Below, piece by piece: positions 11,373 through 21,693 of a stretch of DNA of 64,000 nucleotides (its first letter is position 1; every line of letters starts with the position of its first letter). Source of the stretch: Gammaproteobacteria bacterium (GTDB taxonomy: Bacteria > Pseudomonadota > Gammaproteobacteria > Competibacterales > Competibacteraceae). The translations under genes and the position numbers were made by a program. The notes beneath the pieces were generated by a model. The model was not told the origin of the DNA. It searched no databases and saw only the letters and a program-made list of their open reading frames with translations. The DNA is taken from contig JAXMFZ010000007.1 in NCBI GenBank assembly GCA_046347515.1, positions 49,859 to 113,858 on the forward strand, read 5' to 3'.

Positions 11373-12395
11373 TCAGCCACCGGTGACGTTCATGTGGCGA
11401 AACAGCACGGGCTTGGCTTCGAGATTGAATTCATGCCCTTGTGGTTTGATGTCCATGGCTTTGATGATGGCCTGCTGCAATTTATCCATGTCGCCCGGAT
11501 GGGCGCGCATGACATGGCGCAAATCCACCGAATGTTCCTGGCCCAGGCAGAGCAGCAGGCGCCCTTCGGCCGTGACCCGCACGCGGTTGCAGGTATCACA
11601 AAAGTTGTGGCTGTGCGGCGAAATGAAACCGATCTTGGAATTGACACCCGGCACGCGGAAATATTTAGAGGGGCCACCGGTGCTTTCGGCGGTAGGGATG
11701 AGTTCGAAGTTGGTTGCCAAGTCGGTACGGATCTGGTCGCTGGAATAATAGGCCTCGGCGCGGTCGTGATCGCCGATCACGCCGAGCGGCATTTCCTCGA
11801 TGTAGCTGATGTCCATACTGTTATCGATGGCGAAGCGAGCAAGGCTCACGACTTCGTCATGATTGCGATTCTTGAGAATCACGGTGTTGAGCTTGATACG
11901 CTCGAACCCGGCTGTCTGCGCGGCGCGAATGCCCGCCATCACCTTGGCAAGGTCTCCCGTGCGGGTGATGCGCCGGAAACGCTCGGGGTCGAGGGTGTCG
12001 AGGCTGATATTGATGCGCTTGACGCCGGCATCGCGTAACTCCTGGGCATAGCGTTCGAGTTGGGAGCCGTTGGTGGTCAGCACCAGTTCTCTCAAGCCCG
12101 CTAGCTGCCCGAGTTGACGGAACAGCCAGAGCACGTTATTGCGCACCAGCGGTTCGCCGCCAGTAACGCGGATTTTACGCACACCCAATGCGCTGAATGC
12201 TTTGCCGACCAGGGCCAGTTCTTCCAGGGTCAGTACTTTGGCGCGGGGCAGGAAGGTCATGTCTTCGGCCATACAATACACGCAGCGAAAATCGCAGCGA
12301 TCGGTGACCGAGATGCGCACATACGTCACATGGCGCCCAAAGCGGTCGATCAACTTCACGCTGGGCGGGGTTTGTGGAATGTCGGCGGCATGCAC
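11373..12395 (-). CDS. moaA: GTP 3',8-cyclase (molybdenum cofactor biosynthesis protein A)
   Basis: Radical-SAM CDFRCVYC motif plus the C-terminal Cys cluster ([18 protein letters not shown]). GTG start at 12395. Confidence 0.9.
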   Translation of the reverse strand: MHAADIPQTPPSVKLIDRFGRHVTYVRISVTDRCDFRCVYCMAEDMTFLPRAKVLTLEELALVGKAFSALGVRKIRVTGGEPLVRNNVLWLFRQLGQLAGLRELVLTTNGSQLERYAQELRDAGVKRINISLDTLDPERFRRITRTGDLAKVMAGIRAAQTAGFERIKLNTVILKNRNHDEVVSLARFAIDNSMDISYIEEMPLGVIGDHDRAEAYYSSDQIRTDLATNFELIPTAESTGGPSKYFRVPGVNSKIGFISPHSHNFCDTCNRVRVTAEGRLLLCLGQEHSVDLRHVMRAHPGDMDKLQQAIIKAMDIKPQGHEFNLEAKPVLFRHMNVTGG

Positions 12396-12486
12396 GGTGT
12401 TGTCGTCCTCGCGTTCGCTCAGGTCGATGGCCTATCCGCTGGGGCGGTGAGCCATGGGCCTAGAGTAGGATGGAAATTCATCGAAG

Positions 12487-12810
12487 TTAGTGGTTGTGAT
12501 TCTCGCCCGTGGCGGCTTGGTAAGCCGCCTGTTGCGCCGGGCTGGCTTCTTTTTGATAGCGGGCTTTCCATTCCGAATAGGGCATGCCATAGACGATGGT
12601 ACGCGCTTCGTCGTCGCTCATGGCGATGCCCTTGTCGCTGGCGGCGGCGCGATACCATTTGCCCAGACAGTTACGGCAGAAACCCGCCAGATTCATGAGA
12701 TCGATGTTTTGCACATCGGTGCGATCGCGCAAGTGCGCGACCAGGCGACGAAACGCCGCCGCTTCCAATTCGGTGCGAGTTTGATCGTCCACGGCGAACT
12801 TCCTCCTCAA
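12487..12810 (-). CDS. DUF1244 family protein
   Basis: The 107-aa ORF has the conserved DUF1244 core (AAAFRRLVAHLRDRTDVQNIDLMNLAGFCRNCL). It is co-directional with and immediately upstream of moaA. Confidence 0.6.
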   Translation of the reverse strand: MRRKFAVDDQTRTELEAAAFRRLVAHLRDRTDVQNIDLMNLAGFCRNCLGKWYRAAASDKGIAMSDDEARTIVYGMPYSEWKARYQKEASPAQQAAYQAATGENHNH

Positions 12811-12895
12811 TCTATGACTGCCAACAAGGCCATCGATAGGATCCTATGATACGTGCCTTTAGCTTTCCCTGTGGCATAGTGCGAAGCGAGGTGCG

Positions 12896-13216
12896 CTAAT
12901 CGGCGTTTTGCGGGTCTTCCGCACGGGCGATGGCGCAACCGTAACCGAATTGATAGTCCTTGTGGAGTGGATGGATCCGCACGATATTGGCGGTGATCAC
13001 GATGGCTGGCTCAGCCGGATCGCTCGATTCGATCACCATTTGCAGTTCGGTGCCGATCGAGAGCTTTTGATCCGCCCAGATCATCGCTCCGGTTTCGCTC
13101 AGATTGTCCAGTTCACCTTCCGCATCCGCCATGATCCCTTTGATGTGGTAGTGGATTTTGCTGTTGATGGGAAGGCGCGAACTAATGCGGCGATCATCAT
13201 CTGTGGTGTCCATCAC
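12896..13216 (-). CDS. PilZ domain protein (c-di-GMP receptor)
   Basis: RRISSR (RxxxR) and DNLSETG (DxSxxG) c-di-GMP-binding motifs within a 106-aa ORF. Confidence 0.65.
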   Translation of the reverse strand: MMDTTDDDRRISSRLPINSKIHYHIKGIMADAEGELDNLSETGAMIWADQKLSIGTELQMVIESSDPAEPAIVITANIVRIHPLHKDYQFGYGCAIARAEDPQNAD

Positions 13217-13408
13217 TGCTCTCCGTGTTTCGTACGTCTCGAAATTTGCCCTACAAAGATTGCCTTGGCACGGTTAGCGACACAACCAACAAAGTCTGCC
13301 ATCCGTGCAGGTTTAGATTCCTTACTATTGAGACTTTACCACGCGCCAACCGTTCAAGCCAGGCTCTAGTCCCGACAAAATATTGAAGCTGAAGCCGGCG
13401 TCGAGAGC

Positions 13409-13435
13409 AAAAAAAAGCCCCTGCGGAGCAGGGGC
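13409..13435 (-). terminator. Rho-independent terminator, minus-strand orientation
   Basis: Hairpin GCCCCTGC-GGAG-CAGGGGC is preceded on the plus strand by eight A (eight T downstream when read on the minus strand). It lies about 270 nt downstream of the stop of the 954-aa gene. Confidence 0.5.
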
Positions 13436-13705
13436 CAAGAAGAGCTAGGAGGAGGTCATACGAAGAGTTGAGGTGCAGTTACTGATGCGCCGCTTTCCGT
13501 AGACGATTATTATATTGCATCAATGATGCCAAATAATTTATATTATTGAATTTATTAAAAATAAATAAAAAAGTAATAGTTCCATCGCCACCGACATGAC
13601 AATATCTGCGCATTTTGGACGGTTCAAGGCCATAGTGAACCGGCTCAAAATGGCCTATGAGCCGCTGCCATTAGTCGCGGTCCTATCGCCGTCTCAGAAT
13701 AATTC

Positions 13706-16570
13706 TTAAACCTCTGTTTTATTGAATAAAGGCGAGTCTTCCGCCGACAGGTCGGGTTCGCCGCAATAGCGCAGAATGGTGGCGCGGGCGCAATCACGCA
13801 GGGCGATCGCCGCACCCCAGTCTGCACCCGTCGGTTGAACGGATTCGCCCACGATAACCCTCAGCATTTCGCGGCGTGGAAACCAGGAATCGGCGCGCAG
13901 CATGGAGCGGGTGCCGCGCAGCGTCACCGGCACGACCAGCACTTGCGCCTGCGCGGCGGCTACGAACGCCCCCATGCGAAACGGCAGCAAGCCGGGCGTG
14001 CGTCCGAACGTGCCCTCGGGGAAAAACACCAGCGAGTCGCCAGCGCGCGCGGCCGCGGCGGCGCGTGCGCCATCCGCAGCGCTGCGGTGCGGATCGAAGC
14101 GTTCCACGAACAAGGTGCCGAAGCGTTCCAGCAAGAAACGCAACCAGGCAATGTCGGCGAGTTCACGCTTGGCGATGAAGCGCAAGCGGCGGGGCAGGGC
14201 TATGATCAGGATCAGGCTGTCCAGGTAGCTGGCGTGGTTGGCGACGAGCACACAAGGCGAAGCGTTGGGCAGGCGCTGCAATCCGTCAATCTGCAAATGG
14301 ATTCTCAGCAGACGCAGCGCCCAACGCCCCGCCGTGCGGCTGCCGCTCCAGCGCGCATGGGGCCAAGGCAGCAGCGCCAGCAAGCCGACGATCAGCGCGC
14401 ACGCACCAAACACCAGCCAGGCAAGCCCAGCGAACAGCGCCTCGCGCAGGTGGCGCCAGAACTTGCGCAGCGCGGGCTGGGTGCTTGCCAGCGCAAGCCC
14501 GGCGATCTGCCGCCACAGTGCGCGCTCGCTGCCCAATGCCTTGCGTTCATAGAGGTCGCGCACCGCGGAACGGCGGATTTTGCCGCTGGAGGTCTTCAGT
14601 ACGCTATGCGGTGGAGCGAGCACCACGTCGTCCGGGGCCATGCCGAGCACATCAAGTGCGGCATCGCGGATACGCGCTTGCAAGGCTTGTAAGGCCGCGG
14701 GGGCGCGTTCACGGGTCTCGGCGACGACGACCAACTGCTCGCCGCCGTCGGCTTTCCGGCTCGCGAACACCGCCACGCAACCTTTGCGCACGCCGGCAAT
14801 ATCACCCACCGCGAGTTCCAGCTCATAAGGATAGAAATTGCGCCCGCCGCGGATGATCATGTCTTTCATCCGCCCAGTGAGGTAAACATCGCCCGCGACG
14901 ATGAAAGCGCGGTCGCCCGAATTGAGCCAGGGGCCGGCGAACAACTGGGCGCTGGCCTCGGGGTTACGGAGATAGCCGATGGTCGCCGACGGCCCTTGGA
15001 ATTGCAGCAAACCCTCGCGGCGCTCGGGTAGTTCACGCCCCGCTTCATCGACGACACGTATCTGGTGGCCGGGCAATGCGTGTCCGCAAGCCACCGCTTC
15101 CAGGGCGTCGGGCTCGGCGGCGGTGGCAGGCACGGCTTGCCCGCTGCTCATGAAGCGACTGCGGCTGATGCGTTCCACTTTCAGCCCGCGTCCGGGCGCG
15201 GGTAATGCGAGTCCCACCGAGCATTCCGCCAAGCCGTAGACCGGCGCCAGTGCGGCGCTATCGAATCCGTAAGGATGGAAGCGCTCGGCGAAACGGCGCA
15301 TGGTGGTAGCGCTCACGGGCTCGGCGCCATTGAACGCGAACCGCCAGGAACTCAGATCCAACCCCTTGATGGCATCGTCCTGAACATTGCGCAGGCAGAG
15401 TTCGTAGGCGAAATTCGGCGCCGCCGACAGCGTGCCGCGATGACGGTGGATCGCCCATAGCCAACTGGACGGCTGGCGCAGGAACCGCAGCGGCGACATC
15501 ACTGCCAGCGGAATGCCGTGATACAAACTGCCCAGCCACGCGCCGATCAGCCCCATATCGTGGTAGAGCGGCAACCAACTGACGAATACATCGCTGGCGT
15601 TCAAGGCGATGCGATTGCCCATCGCCCGGATGTTGGCAAGCAGATTGGCGTGGCTGAGCATGACCCCTTTGGGGTCGCCGGTGCTGCCGGAAGTGTATTG
15701 CAGAAAAGCGATATCCGTCGGCTGCGCGTTGTGGTCGATTGCGGTGGCGATGGCGTGCGACAGTTCCGGGACGGTAGCGACATGGCGTAGCGTTTCCACC
15801 TGGGCGCGCAGCCAGTGGGCAACGGTCGCCGCTTCCGGCACCGTGATCAGCACCACGCTGCGGGCGCTGGTCAGGATGCGGGCGTGGCGCCGCAAATGCT
15901 CTTCGATCTGGGACGGGCGCAGTGGCGGATAAATCGGCACCGGTACGCCGCCGGCCAGCAGTATGCCGAAAAAGCTCGCGAAATAGTCGTGACCGGTAGG
16001 CAGCATGATGGCCACACTCTGGCCCGGTTCCAGGCCGCGCTCGCGCAATCCTGCCGCCAATGCACGGGCGTCTCGCTGGAGTGCGCCGTAGCTAATAGAC
16101 TCGCTTTGCTCGGTGTCGCCATAGAGGTGGATCGCGGTGCGATCTGGGTTGTGGTGGGCGTGCCAGGTCAAGACCTGAATCAGGGTGGTGGCGTGGCGAG
16201 GAAGCGCCTGCGCCGTTGGCGCTTGTGCGCCAGATTCATGGATACTGGCGACGCTGCCGGGGTCGGCGGCCGGCATTCCATGCGCCGCCAGCAGATCGCG
16301 CAAGAGTTCCCGCGGCGTTTCCGCGGTCAACGCCTGCTGCGGCAGGCTCAGGTGGAACGCGCGCTCGATCCGTTGCAACAGTTCGGCGCGCGTCAGACTG
16401 TCGAAGCCAAGGTCGCGTTCGAGTCGACTATCGAGGTGTAGTGGCGCGCTTGGCGGAGCTGGCGGGCGCGTTTCCAGCGCCAGTTCCGTAATGACTTGCA
16501 ACAGCGCAGCGGCGGAAGCAGCCTCCGGCGCGGTGCTCATGGCGGGCGCCGACGCGGCGTAGAGGGGCAC
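13706..16570 (-). CDS. Tri-domain fusion: N-terminal acyl-carrier (PP-binding) domain, fatty acyl-AMP ligase (AMP-binding) domain, transmembrane segment, C-terminal lysophospholipid acyltransferase (PlsC/LPLAT) domain
   Basis: Domain order and motifs are: a phosphopantetheine attachment motif (LGFDSLTRAELLQRIE); an AMP-binding core (LQYTSGSTGDPKGVMLSHANLLAN, ...YPYELE...); a hydrophobic stretch (LAWLVFGACALIVGLLALLPWP); then acyltransferase motifs NHASYLD (HX4D) and FFPEGTF. Confidence 0.8.
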   Translation of the reverse strand: MPLYAASAPAMSTAPEAASAAALLQVITELALETRPPAPPSAPLHLDSRLERDLGFDSLTRAELLQRIERAFHLSLPQQALTAETPRELLRDLLAAHGMPAADPGSVASIHESGAQAPTAQALPRHATTLIQVLTWHAHHNPDRTAIHLYGDTEQSESISYGALQRDARALAAGLRERGLEPGQSVAIMLPTGHDYFASFFGILLAGGVPVPIYPPLRPSQIEEHLRRHARILTSARSVVLITVPEAATVAHWLRAQVETLRHVATVPELSHAIATAIDHNAQPTDIAFLQYTSGSTGDPKGVMLSHANLLANIRAMGNRIALNASDVFVSWLPLYHDMGLIGAWLGSLYHGIPLAVMSPLRFLRQPSSWLWAIHRHRGTLSAAPNFAYELCLRNVQDDAIKGLDLSSWRFAFNGAEPVSATTMRRFAERFHPYGFDSAALAPVYGLAECSVGLALPAPGRGLKVERISRSRFMSSGQAVPATAAEPDALEAVACGHALPGHQIRVVDEAGRELPERREGLLQFQGPSATIGYLRNPEASAQLFAGPWLNSGDRAFIVAGDVYLTGRMKDMIIRGGRNFYPYELELAVGDIAGVRKGCVAVFASRKADGGEQLVVVAETRERAPAALQALQARIRDAALDVLGMAPDDVVLAPPHSVLKTSSGKIRRSAVRDLYERKALGSERALWRQIAGLALASTQPALRKFWRHLREALFAGLAWLVFGACALIVGLLALLPWPHARWSGSRTAGRWALRLLRIHLQIDGLQRLPNASPCVLVANHASYLDSLILIIALPRRLRFIAKRELADIAWLRFLLERFGTLFVERFDPHRSAADGARAAAAARAGDSLVFFPEGTFGRTPGLLPFRMGAFVAAAQAQVLVVPVTLRGTRSMLRADSWFPRREMLRVIVGESVQPTGADWGAAIALRDCARATILRYCGEPDLSAEDSPLFNKTEV

Positions 16571-16573
16571 GGC

Positions 16574-17851
16574 TCAACTGGGCGGGCGCGCGCCGTACAG
16601 ATGCTCACGGGTCAAGGGTATGTGGTTGTCGTCATAGCGATTGAACAGGACCTGAAACAGCTGCAATTCGCCTTGGCTGAAGGCCGCGATAGAGCCAGCC
16701 AGATATAGCCGCCAAGCGCGCACAAATTGAGCATCGAACATATTGCCGATCTGCTCGACATGCGCCTCGTAGCGCGCCAGCCAATGGCGCAGGGTTTCGG
16801 CGTAGTGCAGGCGCAGGTTCTCGACGTCGAGAATGGAAAAGCACCAAGGTTCGAACAAGTCCGCCATCTCGCTCAGAGCGGGAGGGTAAGCGCCGGGGAA
16901 GATGCGCTTCTCGATCCAGGCGTTCATCGGCGCCGGTCGATTGCGGCCAATGGAATGAATCAGCCCCCGGCCTTGCGGTTTCAGGCAACGGTCCATGACC
17001 GCACCGAGCGTGCGGTAATGCTTCAAGCCGACGTGTTCCAACATGCCGACCGACACGAAGACATCGAACTGGCCTTGGATCTCGCGATAATCCCCCTCGA
17101 TGTACTCGACTCTGTCGGCCATGCCCTCGCGGGAGGCGCGTTCGCGCGCATAAGCGAGCTGCTCTTTGGAGATGTTATAGGCTTTGACTCTGACCCCGTA
17201 ATGCTGGGCCATGTGCAGGGCGAGCGCGCCCCAGCCGCAGCCGGCCTCGACCACCTCATCGCCAGGTTGCAGGCGCAGTTTACGGCTGACGTGATCCATC
17301 TTGGCGATTTGCGCTTGTTCCAAGGTAGCACTGGCCGTGGGGAAATAAGCGCAGGTATAGAGCATTTGCGCGTCCAGCCACAGGCGGTAGAAATCGTTGC
17401 CGATATCGTAATGGTGGTAGATATTGTGGCGGGCGCGGGATAGCGTATTGCTACGCAGGAGATAAAGGCTGGACAAGAGTCGCGACCACCCCAGGGCCTT
17501 ATGTTTGGAACTGGCGCGGGTCACGGTTTCGATCAGGCTGAGCAAATCGCCGTCGACACGGACTCGGCCCGTCGTGTACAGCTCACCGAATTCGAGATCG
17601 GGATGGAACATCAAGCGCAATAGCGCATTGCGGTCGGCAATACGCAGCCGTGTGCACGGTTTGTCGGGCGTGACCTTGATTTCCTGACCATCCCAGAGTT
17701 CGACGCTGGCGGCGGGATTACCCGCAGCCAACAGAAATTTGCTCAATAGCCACTTTTCGATGGCGAGTGGTTTGCTGGCAGACGGTTCCAAGGCGTCCTG
17801 CGGTTTGTCATCCAAGGTTGCCAGGCCGAGGGGGGCCGCTTGGCGTTTCAT
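16574..17851 (-). CDS. Cyclopropane-fatty-acyl-phospholipid synthase family SAM-dependent methyltransferase
   Basis: The 425-aa ORF has SAM-binding motifs (VVEAGCGWGALALHMA, VFVSVGMLEHVG) and the Cfa-type C-terminal region. It is translationally adjacent to the fusion gene (stop 16574, next start 16570). Confidence 0.8.
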   Translation of the reverse strand: MKRQAAPLGLATLDDKPQDALEPSASKPLAIEKWLLSKFLLAAGNPAASVELWDGQEIKVTPDKPCTRLRIADRNALLRLMFHPDLEFGELYTTGRVRVDGDLLSLIETVTRASSKHKALGWSRLLSSLYLLRSNTLSRARHNIYHHYDIGNDFYRLWLDAQMLYTCAYFPTASATLEQAQIAKMDHVSRKLRLQPGDEVVEAGCGWGALALHMAQHYGVRVKAYNISKEQLAYARERASREGMADRVEYIEGDYREIQGQFDVFVSVGMLEHVGLKHYRTLGAVMDRCLKPQGRGLIHSIGRNRPAPMNAWIEKRIFPGAYPPALSEMADLFEPWCFSILDVENLRLHYAETLRHWLARYEAHVEQIGNMFDAQFVRAWRLYLAGSIAAFSQGELQLFQVLFNRYDDNHIPLTREHLYGARPPS

Positions 17852-18035
17852 TGCTCGATCTCCGCTACTAAGTTTTTCGTTTTCATTGTCCGCAAAGGGT
17901 ACAACTCAATATTAAAGCCAAATTGTAACCCATGGGGCGGCGAAGCAAACAGCGGCGGCTGCGCGCGGCGGTTTAATTGCGCGCAACCGCCCCTATATTA
18001 AACACCGAGCATTGTTACAATAGTGGTGGATTGCA

Positions 18036-18341
18036 ATGAGAGGCTGGATGATGAAGCGCTTGAACGTCACCGTGCGGTATTGGCTGATGCGTATTCTTGC
18101 GGCCCTGATCGCGGTGCTTGGATTGGTGGCGGTGTTTGCACTGTCGGCTTTTATCCTGTCGCTGTTTCTGGTGCTCGCCGCCGCTGCCAGCATCTGGTTG
18201 GTTTGGCAGCGCTGGCGCGGAATGCGTTACCGCCGCTCGAACTCGAGCGCCATCATGAATGTCGAGTACGAAGTGTTGGACGAAAATGGGCGGCGTTCTT
18301 GGCGTGTGGGTAAATTTCATACAGGCCGCTCGTCCGATTGA
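18036..18341 (+). CDS. Small membrane protein, hypothetical
   Basis: The 101-aa ORF has two hydrophobic helices (ILAALIAVLGLVAVFALSAFILSLFLVLAAAASIWLV). No recognised family. Confidence 0.4.
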   Translation: MRGWMMKRLNVTVRYWLMRILAALIAVLGLVAVFALSAFILSLFLVLAAAASIWLVWQRWRGMRYRRSNSSAIMNVEYEVLDENGRRSWRVGKFHTGRSSD

Positions 18342-18368
18342 TATCTACGGTTTTTTTGGGGATTCATT

Positions 18369-19466
18369 ATGATGCTTGCAAAGTATATGCGCTCGGCTTG
18401 GATGGCGGGTGCGCTGGCGGGTTTTATCCTGGGATTTGTGCCCGTCTCATGGGCCGGCGATCAACCGGCGCCGGCCGCGCCCGCCAACGCCGATGAGGCG
18501 CCGGCCAAGAGAATGCCAGCGCCACTGGATCCGGCCACCAAGGAGGCGCTGATCACCTATACCCAAGGCTTGGCGGCTTTGAACAACGGTAATACGGACA
18601 AAGCCATAGAGCTATTGAAGAAAGCGATTATCCTGAAACCCCTCAATCCGCAGTTCCATATGCAATTGGCGCGTGCTTACCAGCAGGCGGGTAAGCCGCA
18701 GGGCAGGTGGTTGGAGTTGCGCAAAACCGTGGGTCTGGACCCCAAACATGCAGAGGCGCTTGCAGAATTCCAACAGATGTGGCAGGTGGCGGGTGCCAAG
18801 GGCGCGTTGGATGTCGGCACGACCATGGATAAGATAAAAGCCGGCTTGGGCGACCCCGACGCGCAACAGAGTGAAGGCGATCGGGCGCGTTGGCAGTACG
18901 GCTTCATGATGATTGATTTCCTGGGCGGTAAGCTTGATTCCGTGTCCGATTTGCGTGGGTTGGAGGCGCTCAAACCAGCCGCCGAAGTGCTAGAGTTCAG
19001 CCTCGGCGGTGGCGAGTGGCAGATCAAACAGCGCAGCTACAGTCGTACCGAGAATTTGCTCGAGTATCGGACGCCCGACACCGCCCAAGTCCAGCAACGG
19101 ATTGCTGTGCAACGCTTGGCCGGGCTCAAAAAGTCATTCAGCGCCAAGCAATTGATGGAAAAAATGGAAGCCAATCTGAAGCAACAGTTTCCAGACGCGA
19201 CCTGGCAGGTATTGCGCGCTGGCGACGATGACCTGCTCTACGAATGGCGACTGGGCGGCGAGGGCAAGCCCGGGGAGCATGAAATCACCCGGCTCATGAG
19301 TGGCGCCGAAGACATCCATCGCTTGAGCTATAGCGCCAAAGTCGCGCAGCTCGGGGACGAGGAGCGCAAACGCTGGATCGCGCTGCTGGAGCAGGCCAAA
19401 CTGGTGGCCGAGCCACTGCCGGCCGCGCCGGCCCAGCCGCCTGCTAGCAATGCGCCGAAGCAGTGA
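18369..19466 (+). CDS. Secreted TPR-repeat protein, hypothetical
   Basis: Signal peptide (MMLAKYMRSAWMAGALAGFILGFVPVSWA), a TPR-like region (AIELLKKAIILKPLNPQFHMQLARAYQQAG) and a Pro/Ala-rich C-terminus. Confidence 0.55.
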   Translation: MMLAKYMRSAWMAGALAGFILGFVPVSWAGDQPAPAAPANADEAPAKRMPAPLDPATKEALITYTQGLAALNNGNTDKAIELLKKAIILKPLNPQFHMQLARAYQQAGKPQGRWLELRKTVGLDPKHAEALAEFQQMWQVAGAKGALDVGTTMDKIKAGLGDPDAQQSEGDRARWQYGFMMIDFLGGKLDSVSDLRGLEALKPAAEVLEFSLGGGEWQIKQRSYSRTENLLEYRTPDTAQVQQRIAVQRLAGLKKSFSAKQLMEKMEANLKQQFPDATWQVLRAGDDDLLYEWRLGGEGKPGEHEITRLMSGAEDIHRLSYSAKVAQLGDEERKRWIALLEQAKLVAEPLPAAPAQPPASNAPKQ

Positions 19467-19484
19467 TGGTGCGTGGCGTCGCGA

Positions 19485-20460
19485 TCAGCGCGGGTCGCCG
19501 ATGAGGACGGTGGTTTCCAATTGGTGGGTGTTGACCGGCCGATACGGAAGGCGGCCGGCATAGAGCTCGTTCAGGTAGCGCGCGAGCTTCACGATGGTCG
19601 GGCCATAGCCCTTCGAGTACATCAGCATTTCCAAGGCCGTACACATCTCGCTGGCGCTGGCGTAGCGGTCGGCGGGATAAGGCGCCAGGCTTTTGTTGAG
19701 GATATCGAGCATTTCCGGCGGAATATCGGGGCGGTAGCTGAGCGGATCGAGTTCGAGGCCGTGGCAGCTCGCCTCGAAGCGATTGGTCTTGGTGAGTAAT
19801 TCGAAATAGACCAAGCCCAGGCTGTAGAGGTCGCTGCGTTCATCGGTGCGGTGGGCTGCCGCTTGCTCGGGTGAACGGTAGGCTTTCTTTCCCACCAGAT
19901 ATGAGCCCTCTAGGCTGCCCATGTAATTCTTGACCTTGGCGACGCCGAAATCGGTCAGTTTCACCTCGCCTTCCCGGTTGATCATGACATTGTTCGGGCA
20001 CACGTCGCGGTGGACGATCCCCAGCAGCTTGCCGTTGCGGTCGCGTTTGTTATGGGCGTACTCCAGACCCCGACACACACGGCTCACGATGAAGCTTGCG
20101 AGATCTGCCGGAATCGGACGATCGAGTTCGCGGTGACGCTGGATGAAATCGGCCACGGTGACGCCTTCGATGTATTCCATGGCGATGAAATAGCCGTCGT
20201 CGTAGCGGTCGAATTGATAGATCTGCACGATATTCGGATGGACGAGGTCGGCGACCAGCTTGGCTTCTTCGATGAACAATTCGACGAAAATCGGTGTGCG
20301 CGAGAGTTGCGGCAACAGCGTCTTCAGTGCGAGCGTTTTGACGAAGCCCTCGGCGCCGTATTGTTCAGCCTCGTAAACCGTTCCCATGCCGCCGGAGGCG
20401 ATCTTGCGCTTCAAGTGATAGCATGTGTGAGTACGGATGGAACGGATCGCTTCGCTCATA
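19485..20460 (-). CDS. Serine/threonine protein kinase (Hanks-type)
   Basis: Gly-rich loop (GGMGTVYEA), catalytic loop (HRDVCPNNVM), DFG motif and SPE motif. Start taken at MSEAIRSI; the longer N-terminal extension in the ORF track is not kinase-like. Confidence 0.75.
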
Positions 20461-20643
20461 ATCGACAGGTTTCCTGGCTCCGAGAACGGGTTGTCGCGGT
20501 CGGGTGATCTCCGCAGTGCGATTCGCATGTTTTGCCCAATATTATACTGGCAAGCTGGGCGCGCCTCACAGCGCCAGCCGCAACGGGAATTGCGGCCAGC
20601 CTGGCGCAGACCGAGCGACGACGCCCCGGCTGTTGTAGGATAA

Positions 20644-21690
<1,047 letters not shown>

Positions 21691-21693
21691 ACC

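Noticed and set aside
12396-12486. Moco riboswitch upstream of moaA
   Set aside because: The intergenic region is only about 91 nt, shorter than the riboswitch aptamer. It cannot be confirmed without a covariance-model search.
13262-13277. Sigma-54 -24/-12 like element TGGCACG-N4-GCGA on the plus strand
   Set aside because: The -12 element deviates from the TTGC consensus, and there is no plus-strand gene downstream for it to drive.
13835-16562. Several plus-strand ORFs (up to 285 aa) inside the 954-aa fusion gene region
   Set aside because: Antisense shadow ORFs. The minus-strand reading frame carries all recognisable motifs.
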